Shown in pieces: positions 11,061 through 25,629 of a DNA stretch of 64,000 nt. The stretch comes from the human T2T-CHM13v2.0 reference genome, Homo sapiens. Where the stretch lies: assembly GCF_009914755.1 (NCBI RefSeq), contig NC_060932.1, one strand, 5' to 3'. The translations under genes and the position numbers were made by a program. The notes beneath the pieces were generated by a model. That model searched no databases. It saw only the letters and a list, made by a program, of their open reading frames with translations, and had not been told where the DNA came from. How positions within the stretch are numbered: the first letter of the stretch is position 1; each line of letters begins with the position of its first letter.

Positions 11061-13054
11061 TGACAAGATTTTCCAGTCAAGATTATGATTCATCATATGC
11101 TGATGGCTTTCTTCTCCAAATCCAAGTCAAGGGAAATAATGAAAACAAGAAAATTATTGGAGCTGAGGTTTACGTAGCTGAGAAACTTCCTTAAAATTCC
11201 CGAAGAACACTAAAGAAAGAGATGGTTGATTCCCAGTGTGGTAGAGATATAGCAACCCAGATAAGAAAAGGGATGGATTCTCAAGCAAGAAGTGGGTTTT
11301 TTTGTTCATTTGTTTTGTTTTTTTTTGTTGTTGTTTGTTTGTTTGTTTGTTTTGCCTCGATACAGAAATGTGGAAGAGTACAGCAGAAAGGATTGCATTT
11401 CTTCTTCACTCTAGAGTGTTTGGTCTGTTAACTATTATTAAAACCCATGTGTGTTACTTTTCCAATTGTAAAAAGTAAAAAATTCCAAAGCACGGTTTTT
11501 GTGATCCTTATCATTTTGCACAAGCTCAGCTATTTCTTACACATTTTATTTATAGGCTGAGGTCACTCCTCATATTTTATTGTCTGCTAGGTATCCTTTC
11601 TTCAACTTCTGAACATTTTGTTAAAAATGAGGGATTTCCCAGTCTGAGTATATTTGCTTGCTTAGAAGAGGATGCATTTTCTTCCTCATTCAAAATACTT
11701 GAAAATCAGATTTATTTTAGATTTCTTCATCTGTCTTGAGCCAACCAAAGAATAAGTGGTCTAAGTTATTTGAAATAGAAATCACTAGTCCTTTGTTAAT
11801 TTTCATTATCTTAGGAGACTTGTCAGTTGTATCCTTTAAAGAGACAGTAAGCCAGACAAGAACTTTACCTGTTATCTAGAAATGATTATAAAGTTCCTTA
11901 AGGAAAGTAGAACACATTCTGACATCTGGCTCTAATTACATATATTTTCATGGAAATGCTTTTTCCCCCTAAGATACATAATATTGTCTTTGTGAAAGAG
12001 CCTTAGGAACATCAATAATTAACTAGTAAGAAAAATGGCATCATCTTTGACAAGTAGATGAACAGAAAAGCAAGCCGCATTCTAGCCCTGAGACACCCAC
12101 ATTATATTGGTCAGAGCATATTTTGCTTACTCTCCAAGTTCTTAGAGAATATGCATTATTTAAAAATGGCTGGGTGCATTATCTTTCAAGCTCTGCAAAA
12201 AGTCTTTATTAACATAATGACACAGTTCATTGTTACTGTCAGGTTTGTATTATTAAACCAAAACTTCATAATTACAGCTGTCTGAAACTCTTCCAGGGAC
12301 AGCAAAAGAGAAGCTACTTTATACAATCATATTACTATTATATGTAGCCAGCTGTAAAATAACAAGGCTAAATTTTTTTTGTTTTTTGTTTTTTTATAAT
12401 CAATCCTTTTCTTCCCATACAATTTGCCATAACCTTAATATTAAACAAATGAAAAATTCATGTGTATATCAACTCTTTTTCCCTAATAGTAACGAGTCAT
12501 GCTATAAACTTGCCACAACACAAATTCAAGTCAAATTATTACAAGTCAAATATTAGCCACTTGATTAAAATTAAAATATTCCTTAGTTCATTATTTAACC
12601 ACCACTGCATTACATATTTAAATATAAGATCCCTTTCATATGCTACATATATATATCTATATATCTGTGAAGTAATTTTGCTTTATATACCTTCTAAAGC
12701 ATTATTTTTACATACATGAAAGTAAATTGTGATTAGATAACAAATGTAAAGACAGAGCTCTATTCAGCAATAAAAGAAAAATGAATTACAGAGGGAAAAG
12801 AGAACTGGATTTAAGGATTAAAAATAGATTTATGTTCGACTTTATCATTTGCTTTACTTTCTTGGAAAAGATATATTCTCTTTGAGTTTTAACTGTGTAA
12901 TCACTATTATAAAGATAGGGCCAGATAAATAATAAGTAAAGATACTTTGTAAGTTGTCTAAATCTATCCAAATATAAATATTTAAAGGAAAATGTTTTTC
13001 ACAACTTTGTTCCAATTATTATAATCATTATTACTATTATCATCATCACTGTTG

Positions 13055-13880
<826 letters not shown>

Positions 13881-14273
13881 AAGAAGTGATATCATTACAA
13901 AAAATGTCTATTAAAATGTTAAACATTTTACTTTTGCATGACATATTTCTGTGTTGTAATGCCAAATGATAGCTATTGGTTGGATTGCCATGAGTTTATC
14001 AAATGTAATTAATATCTTCTTTTACTCATTTTATAAGTGGTTTGATTTAGTAACTACAGAAAGAAACCTTTTGTCTATAAGTTAGCAAGCATACCCTTAA
14101 CATGTTCACTTGCAATCTTATTTTTTAGGTTCCTATTTCATTAATCTAAACATTTGGAATCTTTAGGTAAGTTGAAAGATAAATCACTATCTGCAGTTGG
14201 GGCTCAGTAAACAAGTTGGGATTATCCAATTTTCCACAACATGTATAAAATTGAGGAGACACTACATGCGTGA

Positions 14274-14575
<302 letters not shown>

Positions 14576-14764
14576 GAGAGCACTTACTCTAAATGAGGTC
14601 ATGATAACATGGATAATAGAGCTGACAGAATATGTTCTTTCACTCTTGCCACAAAGTGTACATAAAAAATGTTTAAAAAATAACAAAATTCTAGGTGATC
14701 CAGTAATGCACATGTTCTGATTAAAATCTTAGATGTTAGATTACTGAATTTACATTTATGCCAT

Positions 14765-14915
14765 GAAAATCAAATTATGCCTCAGAATCTTTCTTTGTGA
14801 AAATGGTAATATAATGTCTACTAAAATATTGGTTAGGAAAATTCAACAAGATAATTTTTACAACATGCCTAATATAATGCCCTATGTGTAGGAAACACTT
14901 GACATTTATGTATGT
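14765..14915 (+). mobile_element. MIR fragment
   Basis: tttgtgaaaatggtaatataat...aattcaacaagataat. Confidence 0.5.
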
Positions 14916-16032
14916 ATTTTCTCTTTGTTCCATCACTTATTCCAGATATTAGTTGTGTTGACTTACAACAAACTACATATCCAACAAGAATTTTAAAATA
15001 AAACAGTAAATTATTTTTACATATAACTCGAGAAGTTCTACTGGGGTAATATCATTCAAGCAATACGCATGCCATGGAGGGGCAAGGATCTGCCATGGAA
15101 ATTAGAGTGAGTTCGTCAAAAAGGATCCTCGTCTGGCATAATGAAGAAACTGTATATTATTTGATATTTGAAACACTGCTTTTATTAATAAACAAATGGA
15201 GATAAAATTTATATGTTAAAAGCTGGATACAAATTTGGACTTCACCAAGCAGAAAGAGAAGGGACTGCTAGTCAACTGAAAAGCACTGGGGTGGGAAGAC
15301 ACCTTCCCAGAATCTGGGTACACAGGAAAGGGTCATATGTAGCACCGCATGCTTACAGCTTTTTAGGTAGCCTTGAGATCTGTTTCTGCAGCTCAGAGGG
15401 GAAAGTGCTAGCAAAACTAGGAGATAGATGTCCTCACTGTGATTTGAATTTACTGCACAAAGCCTATCTGGACGTAGTGATGAAAAGAGGTGAAGAACAG
15501 AGCAGCACCCAAATAGGAGCAGACAGAGGAACTCATGAGTCCAAAAGCAAGAAATTTACCGAGACACTGGAGATTTACTGGGCTTGTAAAATGTTCCCTT
15601 CAAGATAAACTTGACAGTGTCTTCCAGGAGTAGAGAATTTCTCAGATAAAATCTGGAATACATCTAGCAAAATAACTGTCATTTATATCAATGATAAATA
15701 AGTGACAGGCAGCAGTAATTAGCTAATTAGATAGCTAGAGAGGTTCATAGATGAGAAAGGATATAGTCAGATGGAAAGTACAGATTTAGGAAAAATAAAC
15801 AGAAAACACTTGTTTGTCACATCTAAAGATCCTAATGTCTATATGTGGAAGGTAGATAAAATTAGGCTCTATCCCTACCATCTCCCACATCCCCCCCAAA
15901 AAGAGGAAGGGAGAGAGAGACAGAAATAATTAGCATTTTTAGTAAAACAAAACAAAATGTAAATCTAAAGACAGCTACAAATGTCCTGTGCCTTGTAGTG
16001 ATCAAGGGACTTTTTATACTTTCTAGCACCAT

Positions 16033-17180
16033 ATTTTATTTTATTTTTTCAATAGTTTTATTTTTGGGGAACAGGTAGTGCTTGGTTACATGAATAAGTT
16101 CCTCAGTGGTGATTGCTGAGATTTTGGTGCACCCATCACCTGAGCAGTGTACACTGTACCCAATGTGTAGTCTCTTATCCCTTACCCCCCTCCCACCCTT
16201 TTCCCTGAGTCCCCAAAGTCCATTGTATCACTCTTATGCCTTTGCATCCTTATTGCTTAGCTCCCACTTATGAGTGGGAACATACAGTTTGGTTTACCAC
16301 TATTTAGTTACTTCACTTAGAATAATAGTAGCCAGTTCCATCCAGGTTACAGTGAATGCTATTATTTCATTTTTTTAATGGCTGAATAGTATTCCATGGT
16401 ATAGACATAACACATTTTCTTTATCCACTTATTGATTGATGGACTTTTGGGCTGGTTTCATATTTTTGCAGGTGTGAGTTGTGCTGCTATAAATATGGGT
16501 GTACAAGTATCTTTGTCATAAAATGACCTATTTTCCTCTGGGTAGATACCCAAGAGTGGGATTGCTAAATCAAATGGAAGATCTACTTTTAGTTCTTTAA
16601 GAAATCTCCGTACTGTTTTCCATAGTGGTTATACTAGTTTACATTACCACCAACAGTGTAAAAGTGTTCCCTTTTCACCACATCCATGACAACATATATT
16701 ATTTTTTTATTTTTTGATTATGGCCATTCTTGCAGGAGTAAGGTGGTATCGCGTTGTGGTTTTGAGTTGATTTCCCTGACAATTAGTGATGTTGAGCACT
16801 TTTTCATCTTTGTTGGCCATTTGTATATCTTCTTTTGAGAATCGTCTATTCATGTCCTTAGCCCACTTTTTGATGGGATTGTTTATTTTGTTCTTGCTAA
16901 TTTGTTTGAGTTCCTTGTAGATTCTGGATATTGGTCCTTTGTTAGATGTATAGACCGCAAAGATTTTCTCCCACTCTGTGGATTGTCTGTTTACTCTGCT
17001 GATTCTTTATTTTGCTGTGCAGAAGGTTTTTAGTTTAAGTCCTACCTATTTATCTTTTTTTTTTTTCATTTGCTTTTGGGTTCTTGGTCATAAAGTCTTT
17101 GCCTAAGCCAATGTCTAGAAGGGTTTTTCCAATGTTATCTTCTAGAATTTTTATGGTTTCATGCCTTAGATTTTAAAGGT
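16033..17180 (-). mobile_element. L1PB-type 3' end (5'-truncated L1)
   Basis: ggggaacaggtagtgcttggttacatgaataagttc...tttggtgcacccatcacctgagcagtgtacactgtacccaat, then reverse ORF2 C-terminal sequence. Confidence 0.93.
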
Positions 17181-17229
17181 CTATCAATTACCTTTAAATA
17201 AAAAGAGCAGAAATTTGGAATAAGCATGC

Positions 17230-17390
17230 AATGTATTCTAATCCTGGATTTTAATTTAATACATGTTAAATATTTCCAGTTTACTTTACCTAAGTCTCTG
17301 TTTCTGTATTTATAAACTGCAGATATACCATTATTGGGAGGATTCAATTAACTACATAGGTAAGGTTCCTAATAAGATTCTTAGGATGGT
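17230..17390 (+). mobile_element. MIR fragment
   Basis: tctctgtttctgtatttataaactgcagat...gggaggattcaatta. Confidence 0.5.
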
Positions 17391-17671
17391 TAGATATTTT
17401 ATATTTCTGACTTTTAAAAAATTAATTGTAATACAAATAAATAAATTCAAGTTCCATATATTTATATAAACATGCTTCCATAATTCTTTTCTGTAAGTAA
17501 TATATTAGGTATATTTGATGATAATGACCACCACAGAATAATCTACTTAAGATCCTTAGAATACTAAAGTGATTATTACAATTTAGGAAAGATACTCTTT
17601 CACCTTCAAAATATACTTCCCATTAAATACAACAGTTAATAAGCTTTGGTAACTCTTCTTTTAGCTTTGTG

Positions 17672-17738
17672 CATACATAATATATAAATATAAACAGATA
17701 TTTGTTCATGCATAATATGTAAATATAAACAGATATTT
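17672..17738. repeat. 35-bp-period tandem duplication
   Basis: catacataatatataaatataaacagatattt / catgcataatatgtaaatataaacagatattt. Confidence 0.85.
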
Positions 17739-18999
17739 ATAATATACATAAATGAATATATACAGTGTTTTTAATATAATCTCTGGCAAATTTCTTGATC
17801 TCCTTGTCACAGCATTCTAATCTCTGAAATACAGGTAATAATATTATATCACAAAGTAACTATCATATATAAATCACTTAAAAGAATGCCTAAAATCCAT
17901 TAAAGGCACTATAAATATGTGTTATAATTATTACAACCAAACTTCTACTAAAATATTGATTTTAATTATTTGGAATTAAAATGAAATATGCTTATTTCAT
18001 TTTAAAGTATTTATGACACACTTTAACTAAATTCTTTATTTTATAGAAAGTGATAAATTTTCTCATTTTCCAAATATTTAAATCCATAGTTTAACTCTTT
18101 TGTAATGTAAAAGTAAATTTAATAAATATTCTTAAAATCCCAAATACCTGGCAATTTGCCTTATAAATTTTAAGCATGTCCCTAGGATTATGGGTCTGTC
18201 TTATATTTATAATTTTATATTTTACTTATACAATTATAATTTTATTTGTGGTTATCTTTAAAACCACAAATTAAGGTAATTATGGTTAAAACCACAAATT
18301 AAGTAATTAATTCTGATCATGAAAATCAATAGTAATAACAACATGAAATTTCACAATGACAGCCTAATTAGAATCCTATAGCAGGTCTAGCTGCTTACTT
18401 CAGGTTTTGTGTTTTTGTTTTCAGATACTATTTTAAAATGAAAGACAAATCAGAAATATTTGGGTCTCTTCTCAAGATCATATTTCTACGTTCTTATACC
18501 CAAATCTCATCAAATTTCTAATAATAGCCATAAGTCTTTTTCTGTTTTACTTCGATTGGAAGTTTCATGGATTTTCATAAAAATCAAGGATGTAATGAGC
18601 TCACAGATATTACTGGACTTTAACTTAGCATACTTGTTCATTACTGAAGACAGAGCAATTGTTTTAACAGTTTAAATACTAATGCTTGTTATATCTGCAA
18701 CCATTTTATAGTGTGGTATATAGGTGTAAAGATTTAGCAAGAAATAAACTGTACATGTATGGAAAGTAAACTCTTATTGCATGATAATAGAATGAGTTCC
18801 TGAGTACTAAAGTGGCTCTCCAGCCTAGTTTTATGGAAAATAATGCACGCATCGTTCTTAGTTCCTCTGGTCTTGATGATATCTCATTTCACGTTGGTTG
18901 TACTGACCTCTGGCTTTTATGGCTCATTAAGAATACGGAATGCATTACAGTGATGCTTTCACTCACAAGTATACTTTTACTTTTGAGTATGTCCTTTAG

Positions 19000-19337
19000 C
19001 AGGGATCCCCAAACCCCAGGCCGCAACTTGCAGTGTCTGTAGCCTGTTAGGAACTGGGCTGCATAGCAGGAGGTGAGCCACCTGCAGGTGAGCTTTACCG
19101 TCTGAGCTCAGCCTCCGGTCAGATCAGCACTGCACTAGATTCTCATAGGAGCACTAACCTTATTGTGAACTGCGCATGAGAGGGATCTAGATTGCGCGCT
19201 CCTGTGAGACTCTTAATGCCTGATGATCTGAGGTGGAACAGTTTCATCCTGAAACCATCCTTCCCTGGGCCCTGGTCCGTGGAAAAATTGTCTTCCATGA
19301 AACCAGAACCTGGTGCCAAAAGGTCTGGGGACCAATT
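19000..19337 (+). mobile_element. MER1B hAT-Charlie MITE
   Basis: cagggatccccaaacccc start; agattctcataggagc...gtgaactgcgcatg; gtggaaaaattgtcttccatgaaacc; flanks ctttag / ctttagag. Confidence 0.92.
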
Positions 19338-19639
19338 CTTTAGAGATCTTGTTGCATGACTTAGTAGAAAAACAAAGTAAAAAGAATCTTAATCAATTCC
19401 AAACATCGTTCTTGTCAATTTTCAAACCAAGGCTTGTGATTTTAGTATGGCCAAGCTCACAGATAATTTTTATTTTCATTTTGTGTATTTTTCAGCATTA
19501 CTTTGTGTTTACTTTAAAAATTACATAAATTTTTAAATAACATGATATTAACTGATAGTTACTTCAATTTTCTAAAGGCATAAACTGCAATGAAAAAATA
19601 TTCTTTTTTTCACTTCGATGAATAAATCAGTACTGCCAA

Positions 19640-19882
19640 ATACGTATATAGTGCTTAACAAATCTCATGTATTGTTCTGCACATGCTATCTGTGTTAGTA
19701 CACATAATTATTATAATCTACGATTTAGATCCTATTATAATGTCCTTTTTACAGATGACCAAATTAAGGCACAGAGAGGCTAAGTAAATTGCCTAAGTCA
19801 CACAGCTAGAAGGTGACAGAGGTGGAATTTAAGGCCAGTGTGGTCCCAGAGTTCATATTCTTAACTACCGTGCTACATGCCT
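19640..19882 (-). mobile_element. MIR SINE
   Basis: tttacagatgaccaaattaaggcacagagaggctaagtaaattgcctaagtcacacagctag core. Confidence 0.9.
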
Positions 19883-20112
19883 AAGCAAAGCTATGGAGTT
19901 TCAAGGAATACTGATGGCTAATATTACAGAACAATTGCAGATTTGTTCAAGAAATAGTATAATCTATCATGAAAAGATATCTCTTCTCTTGCCTTTTCTC
20001 AAGTCTTTGAAGCCAGTAATCACCTTGGTCTTTTAATCTGTTTCTGTTCCTGCCTTACTTTCCCAAGGTAACTTTCCCTTCTTAGCTACTGAACTTCTCC
20101 CTGAGATTGCCA

Positions 20113-21795
20113 AATAAGCAAATGTTATTGAGTATTCTGCCTAATCAAGTCAGCTTATTTAAAATAATGCACTAATGGTAATTTATATATTTAGAGCTTA
20201 TCCCTTAATTAAGTTCGAGTTCACTGATTTCCAGATACTGAAGCTGCTAGTCCTGTGCAGCACTTATATTTTAGTTTTACCAAGTGGGTATAGTCCCGAT
20301 ATCAAACACTCCCCAGGATCGGTAGCCCACATGTCACACACTGATCTCAGCTCCTACAGCTAAGAGGGATACCATGATCCCAGCACTGCTCTCGAGAAGG
20401 GCATTTTGGGGTTCATAGCATATAATCCACCAATGCTGTCCTATCTTTTGCCTCCACAGCGTGGTCTGCAAAATGTACAAAATGCTTCACATTAAAGTAA
20501 TTAAATAGTCTGAATTTTGATGTTTTTGATGTTGTCATGATTTCAAGTATTTATATAAGGTAAGGTCCATTCATTTTATTAATTTGAAAATATATCTGTA
20601 TATATTAGTATAAAAATATAATCCAATATACAGTTGTCCACAGTAAAAATAATTTTGCTCAGATAACATTTTTTGATGGCTGCATTCTATAAATCTTGGC
20701 ATATAAACATTAACACTTAAAGTAGATTTTCAGTTTTCTTTTCACTTTATGTTGTTGTCTCTACTTATTCTTGTGTTTGAGTCCTTTCTTTCTTATATAA
20801 AATATATTCCTAAGTAAAAAAAAATCGTGTTTTTACAAGATTCCAAATTTTCTCTTAATACTCTTTTTTTTTTTTGTCATAGAGAAAGCATCCCACATAT
20901 AGTAAAAAATGCTTTGTGGAGCACATTGGAATATTTTATCATAATTATATTAAGTGAAGGAAAAGAATTGTAAAATTCACTTAGATTTATTTCATTTGTT
21001 GATAATGTTATCAATTATCAGTTCCAGGTTGCTTTATTAGTATAAGACTTATTAGAAAGCATTGACTAACTCAGCATGTGCACTGCATGTGAAAATGAAA
21101 ATGCTATTAGGAACATGTAAGAGCTTAATATTCTGAACACGCACTTCAATCATTGAAAGAAGATTAAAATTCACTATACATTTTGCAAATCTGAATCTTT
21201 AAATTGCTAATTGAACTTTAATTGGATTTCATTCTAATTTAATTGTTAACACAAATCAAAAATGTTTACTTAAATATGAGTATTCAAGAGATTTGATGGT
21301 CAAGTAATAGATGCTACTTATGTCTATTAATTAGGCATATGTCCCTGGTTTCCAAGGACTAAAATTCTGCTCAGAATACAGTACTACTGAATAAATTTGG
21401 AAATTTGTTTTTAGTTTGGTGGTTGAAATAATTTTGTTCCTTAAAATAAAACTTGTTCACTGAAAAATAACCACAAGGAATATTAAAATCACACTATTCT
21501 ATATTATGCAAAAATACTCAAACAATTAGGAATTAAAAACAAAAAACTCAGTCATTTAATTCCCACCTCCTGTTTATTTTGGAAAATATAATATTCGATT
21601 TTGTTCAAGTGAGTATAGGACTTTGTTCGGCTTTTCTCTTTTTTCCTTTTTAGATTAGAATTTTAAATATGCAATCTTGTTAAATTCTTGGAAGCTAATA
21701 AGCAAATGTTATTGGGTATTCTGCCTAATAAAGTCAGTTTATTTTAAACAATGCACTAAGGCTAATTTATATATTTAGAGCTTATCCCTTAATTA
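20113..21795 (+). repeat. 99-bp dispersed direct repeat pair (20113-20211 and 21697-21795)
   Basis: aataagcaaatgttattg...tagagcttatcccttaatta twice, about 7 mismatches, no gaps. Confidence 0.9.
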
Positions 21796-21915
21796 GATTT
21801 CATATTTTCAATTTTCAACTTTTTTTCATCTCTTATTTATAATTGAGAAACTACCTGAGAAGTTCAAAGTATAAATTACATTTTATACTTTGTTTAAAGA
21901 CAAAAGCCTTTAAAC

Positions 21916-21976
21916 ATGTCTTTCTTTAAAATATTTTTAGAAAATATGTCTTTCTTTGAACATATTTTTAGAAAAT
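21916..21976. repeat. ~30-bp tandem duplication
   Basis: atgtctttcttt...atatttttagaaaat x2. Confidence 0.85.
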
Positions 21977-22003
21977 TAAAACCTCACTAATAATGTTGAC
22001 CTA

Positions 22004-22275
<272 letters not shown>

Positions 22276-23170
22276 AATAATGTTGACCTAAAAATTCATA
22301 AATGGTGTATTATATCTAGAAAACAATAATATTATTAAAAACAATTTAATTTGTCATTTCAACTGCACAACTCTGAAAATAACATTTTCCATATCTTATC
22401 GATGAGAAAACTAAAGATAAAAAACTTAAATAATAAGTCTAAGTTTATGAAGTTGATGCAAACAACTTCTCCATAGGTTCCTGGCCCTATGCTCAAAAGG
22501 GTTATTTTTTATTGTGTGGAACAAGTATGCAAGAATGTTTTCTTATGAATTATGAACTATACCATAAAGTAACAGAAACTACCAATAAACTCTATCATAA
22601 ATTGACACTCTCAGTAATGGTAGGTAGCATTGTGGTTTCAGCAGTTTGGGCCTTTTTCTTTCCTTTTAGTAACTTCCAATCTCCTGATGCATTATTCAGG
22701 TACATACTGCTGACAGTTTTTATGATCTGAGGCAATTGGGAGGAAAGTATCTAAGCACAGCAGAAAGGTAGTGGAAGAGTTCAGGATGCACAAGGTATTT
22801 CACTGTTGGTTTTGTTCTGAGATCAAGGATATCTGTTCCTCTGCTGACCCTGAGTCTATGCATCAAATGCTATCAATCTGCGTTAGTTTCCTACTGACAA
22901 GAAGGAGCATATTTATCCTTAGCCCTCTTTTGTTATTTGTTCACTAAACAAATGATACAGGAAACATTTATCTTCCTTCTCAGAAAGCGGATTTACATCT
23001 TTTATTATTGTTTACTTAGCTTAACTCCAGGTGTTCAGACTGTAAAAAAGTTAGGTATTTCTTGGAAAATAGAGAGTTTGAAATTTGCCTAGTCTTAACT
23101 TTATAATCATAGTAGTGATTTATTTGCCCTGTTGTGAACATAAAAGCAAAAGCTATATAAACTTGCACCC

Positions 23171-23542
23171 TGATATGGGTTGGCTCTGGGTCCACACCCA
23201 AATCTTATCTCAAATTTTAATCTCCATGTGTCAAGGGAGGGACCTGTAATCCCCACGCGTACAGGGAGGGAGGTGACTGGATCATGGGGGCGGTTTTTCC
23301 TGTGCTATTCTCTTGATAGTGAGTGAGTTCTCAAGAGATCTGATCGTTTTATTTGGGGCTTTTTTCCCTTCACACTCTACTCTCTCTCCTGTTGCCTTGT
23401 GAAGAAGGGGCCTTCTTCCCTGTCTGCCATGATTTTAAGTTTCTTGAGGCCTCCCCAGCCTGTGAATCAATTAAGCCTCTTTCCTAATAAATTACTCAGC
23501 CTTGGGAATTTGTTTATAACAGTGTGAAAATGGACTAATACA
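23171..23542 (+). mobile_element. THE1D-like MaLR solo LTR
   Basis: tgatatgg...ggactaataca; 5-bp TSD caccc. Confidence 0.92.
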
Positions 23543-23790
23543 CACCCCTTCCGAGATAACACAGAAACACACATATTTTAATTAGCTTTAAAAAAACCCT
23601 CAAATATGGGTACCAGATAAAAATTCATAGGCAAACGATTTGTGCATGTAAAAAACATAATACCTCTAATTTTTTTTATATCTCAGCCTCTTTTTGAAGC
23701 TAACTTTCTGCCCAGTTGTGTATTACCCAATTAACCTCTTAAAAATAAATTGCCTATGATTTATCAGTCATTTCAGTCACATGAAGATTT

Positions 23791-24210
23791 TGAAACCTAT
23801 CCAATATTCCCATAGACAGATTTTTTTTTTTTTGGAAAACATAGAAATTGACCCTTCTGTGTTAAAGCTTGAAACTCACCAGATCCAGACAATGAGTTCC
23901 TGAAAGATATCAAAGAACTGAAACTTACCAGATCATCTCACCCAGACAATGAGAAGCCACCTACTTATTCATCATGATGCCTCCTTAACCCTTCTGAGTT
24001 ACTGTTTTCCCATACATAGTTACATTTCTCCTCTACTATATAAGTCTCCAATTTTAGTCAGTCAGGGAGATGGATTTGATACTGATCGCCCATCTCCTTA
24101 CCTGCATAACTCGATTAAAGCCATCTTCCTTGGCAGTAATTGTCTCAGTTATTGGCTTTCTGTATGGCAAGCAGCAGGACCTAGGCTGAACCCCTGGTGC
24201 TGCCATAACA
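23791..24210 (+). mobile_element. Solo LTR, LTR47-like
   Basis: TG...CA ends, TSD attt; aaacatagaaattgacccttctg, gaactgaaacttaccagatca. Confidence 0.75.
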
Positions 24211-24572
24211 ATTTCCTTGTCACTATCTATTGGGAAAGCACCTGCTCCACAGCCATCTTCTGCTGACTCCTATGACTTCTATGTTTCATTCACTACTGGA
24301 TCCTCCTGTCACAACTGTGGGACACCTTCCTTTGCTAACTTCCTTGCCTTTATTTGGGCCATAAAGAAAATGGCTAACCAATGGCTTGGGAGAATAAATT
24401 TCTGTGAGGCTGCCTCAAACCTATCTGCCTAGATGCCATCTGAAGTCATTATTCTGTGAGTGTTCTGATACAAGGATGGTCCTATGGTTTCATCAGTGGG
24501 TTTGTTGTTTCCTGGATCTTCAGTAGGGAAACAGGCCCAAATCCTCTTTAGTCTAAACTTTCCGAAAATTGA

Positions 24573-24889
<317 letters not shown>

Positions 24890-25138
24890 AACTGGAGGTT
24901 TTAATCCCAATACCCTTTCTACCTAGTGGAACAATTGAAGGGCTCCTTCTCAGGCATGATAAACCATAAGCCTTTCTAGCAAGTTTCATGTTGGCCTCTG
25001 TCTCCCATCCCTAAATAACTCATATACTTTCCTAAGCTACAGAATGTTAGGAATGGATGATTTTATCCTTTTCCACTTTATTGTTGAGCCAGGGCCTCAC
25101 TTACGGGTATTCACAAAATGCTTTCCTTCAATACTAAT

Positions 25139-25537
25139 TCTTATGGACGGAATTGTGTTCCCATGAAACACATATGTAGAAGTCCTACCTACCAATAGCC
25201 CAGAACATGACTGTATTTAGAGATAAGACATTTAAAGAGGTAATTAAATTTATAAGAGGTTGTGTGGGTGGGCCCTAATCCAATATGACTTCTGTCCTTA
25301 TAAGAAGACACTTGAACACACAGAGACACCAAGGAAGCACAGGCACATGGGAAAAACCCATATGATGATGCAGGAAGCAGCCATCAGCAAGCAAGGAGAG
25401 AGGCCTCAGGAGAAAGCAAACCTGCCAATATCTTAATCTTTGACATCTAGCCTCCAGAAAACTGTGAGAAAATAAATTTCTGTTGTTTAAACCATCTAGT
25501 CTGTGATTTTTTAATGTTGGTCTAGAAAACTAATATA
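25139..25537 (+). mobile_element. MLT1B-like MaLR solo LTR
   Basis: gggccctaatccaatatgact, gacatctagcctccagaaaactgtgagaaaataaatttctgttgtttaa; TSD ctaat/ttaat. Confidence 0.9.
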
Positions 25538-25598
25538 TTAATATTTCAGCCTTCAATTTTCTGAGTTTGTTTTGAATTTGAAATGCTGGGCCTTGACT

Positions 25599-25629
<31 letters not shown>

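Noticed and set aside
15213-15608. Longest ORF (131 aa)
   Set aside because: No recognisable domain or gene context; probably chance, possibly within old repeat sequence
20335-20375. Resemblance to 5S rRNA (ctgatctc...agctaag.aggg)
   Set aside because: Only two short words match, spacing is wrong and the downstream 5S sequence is absent
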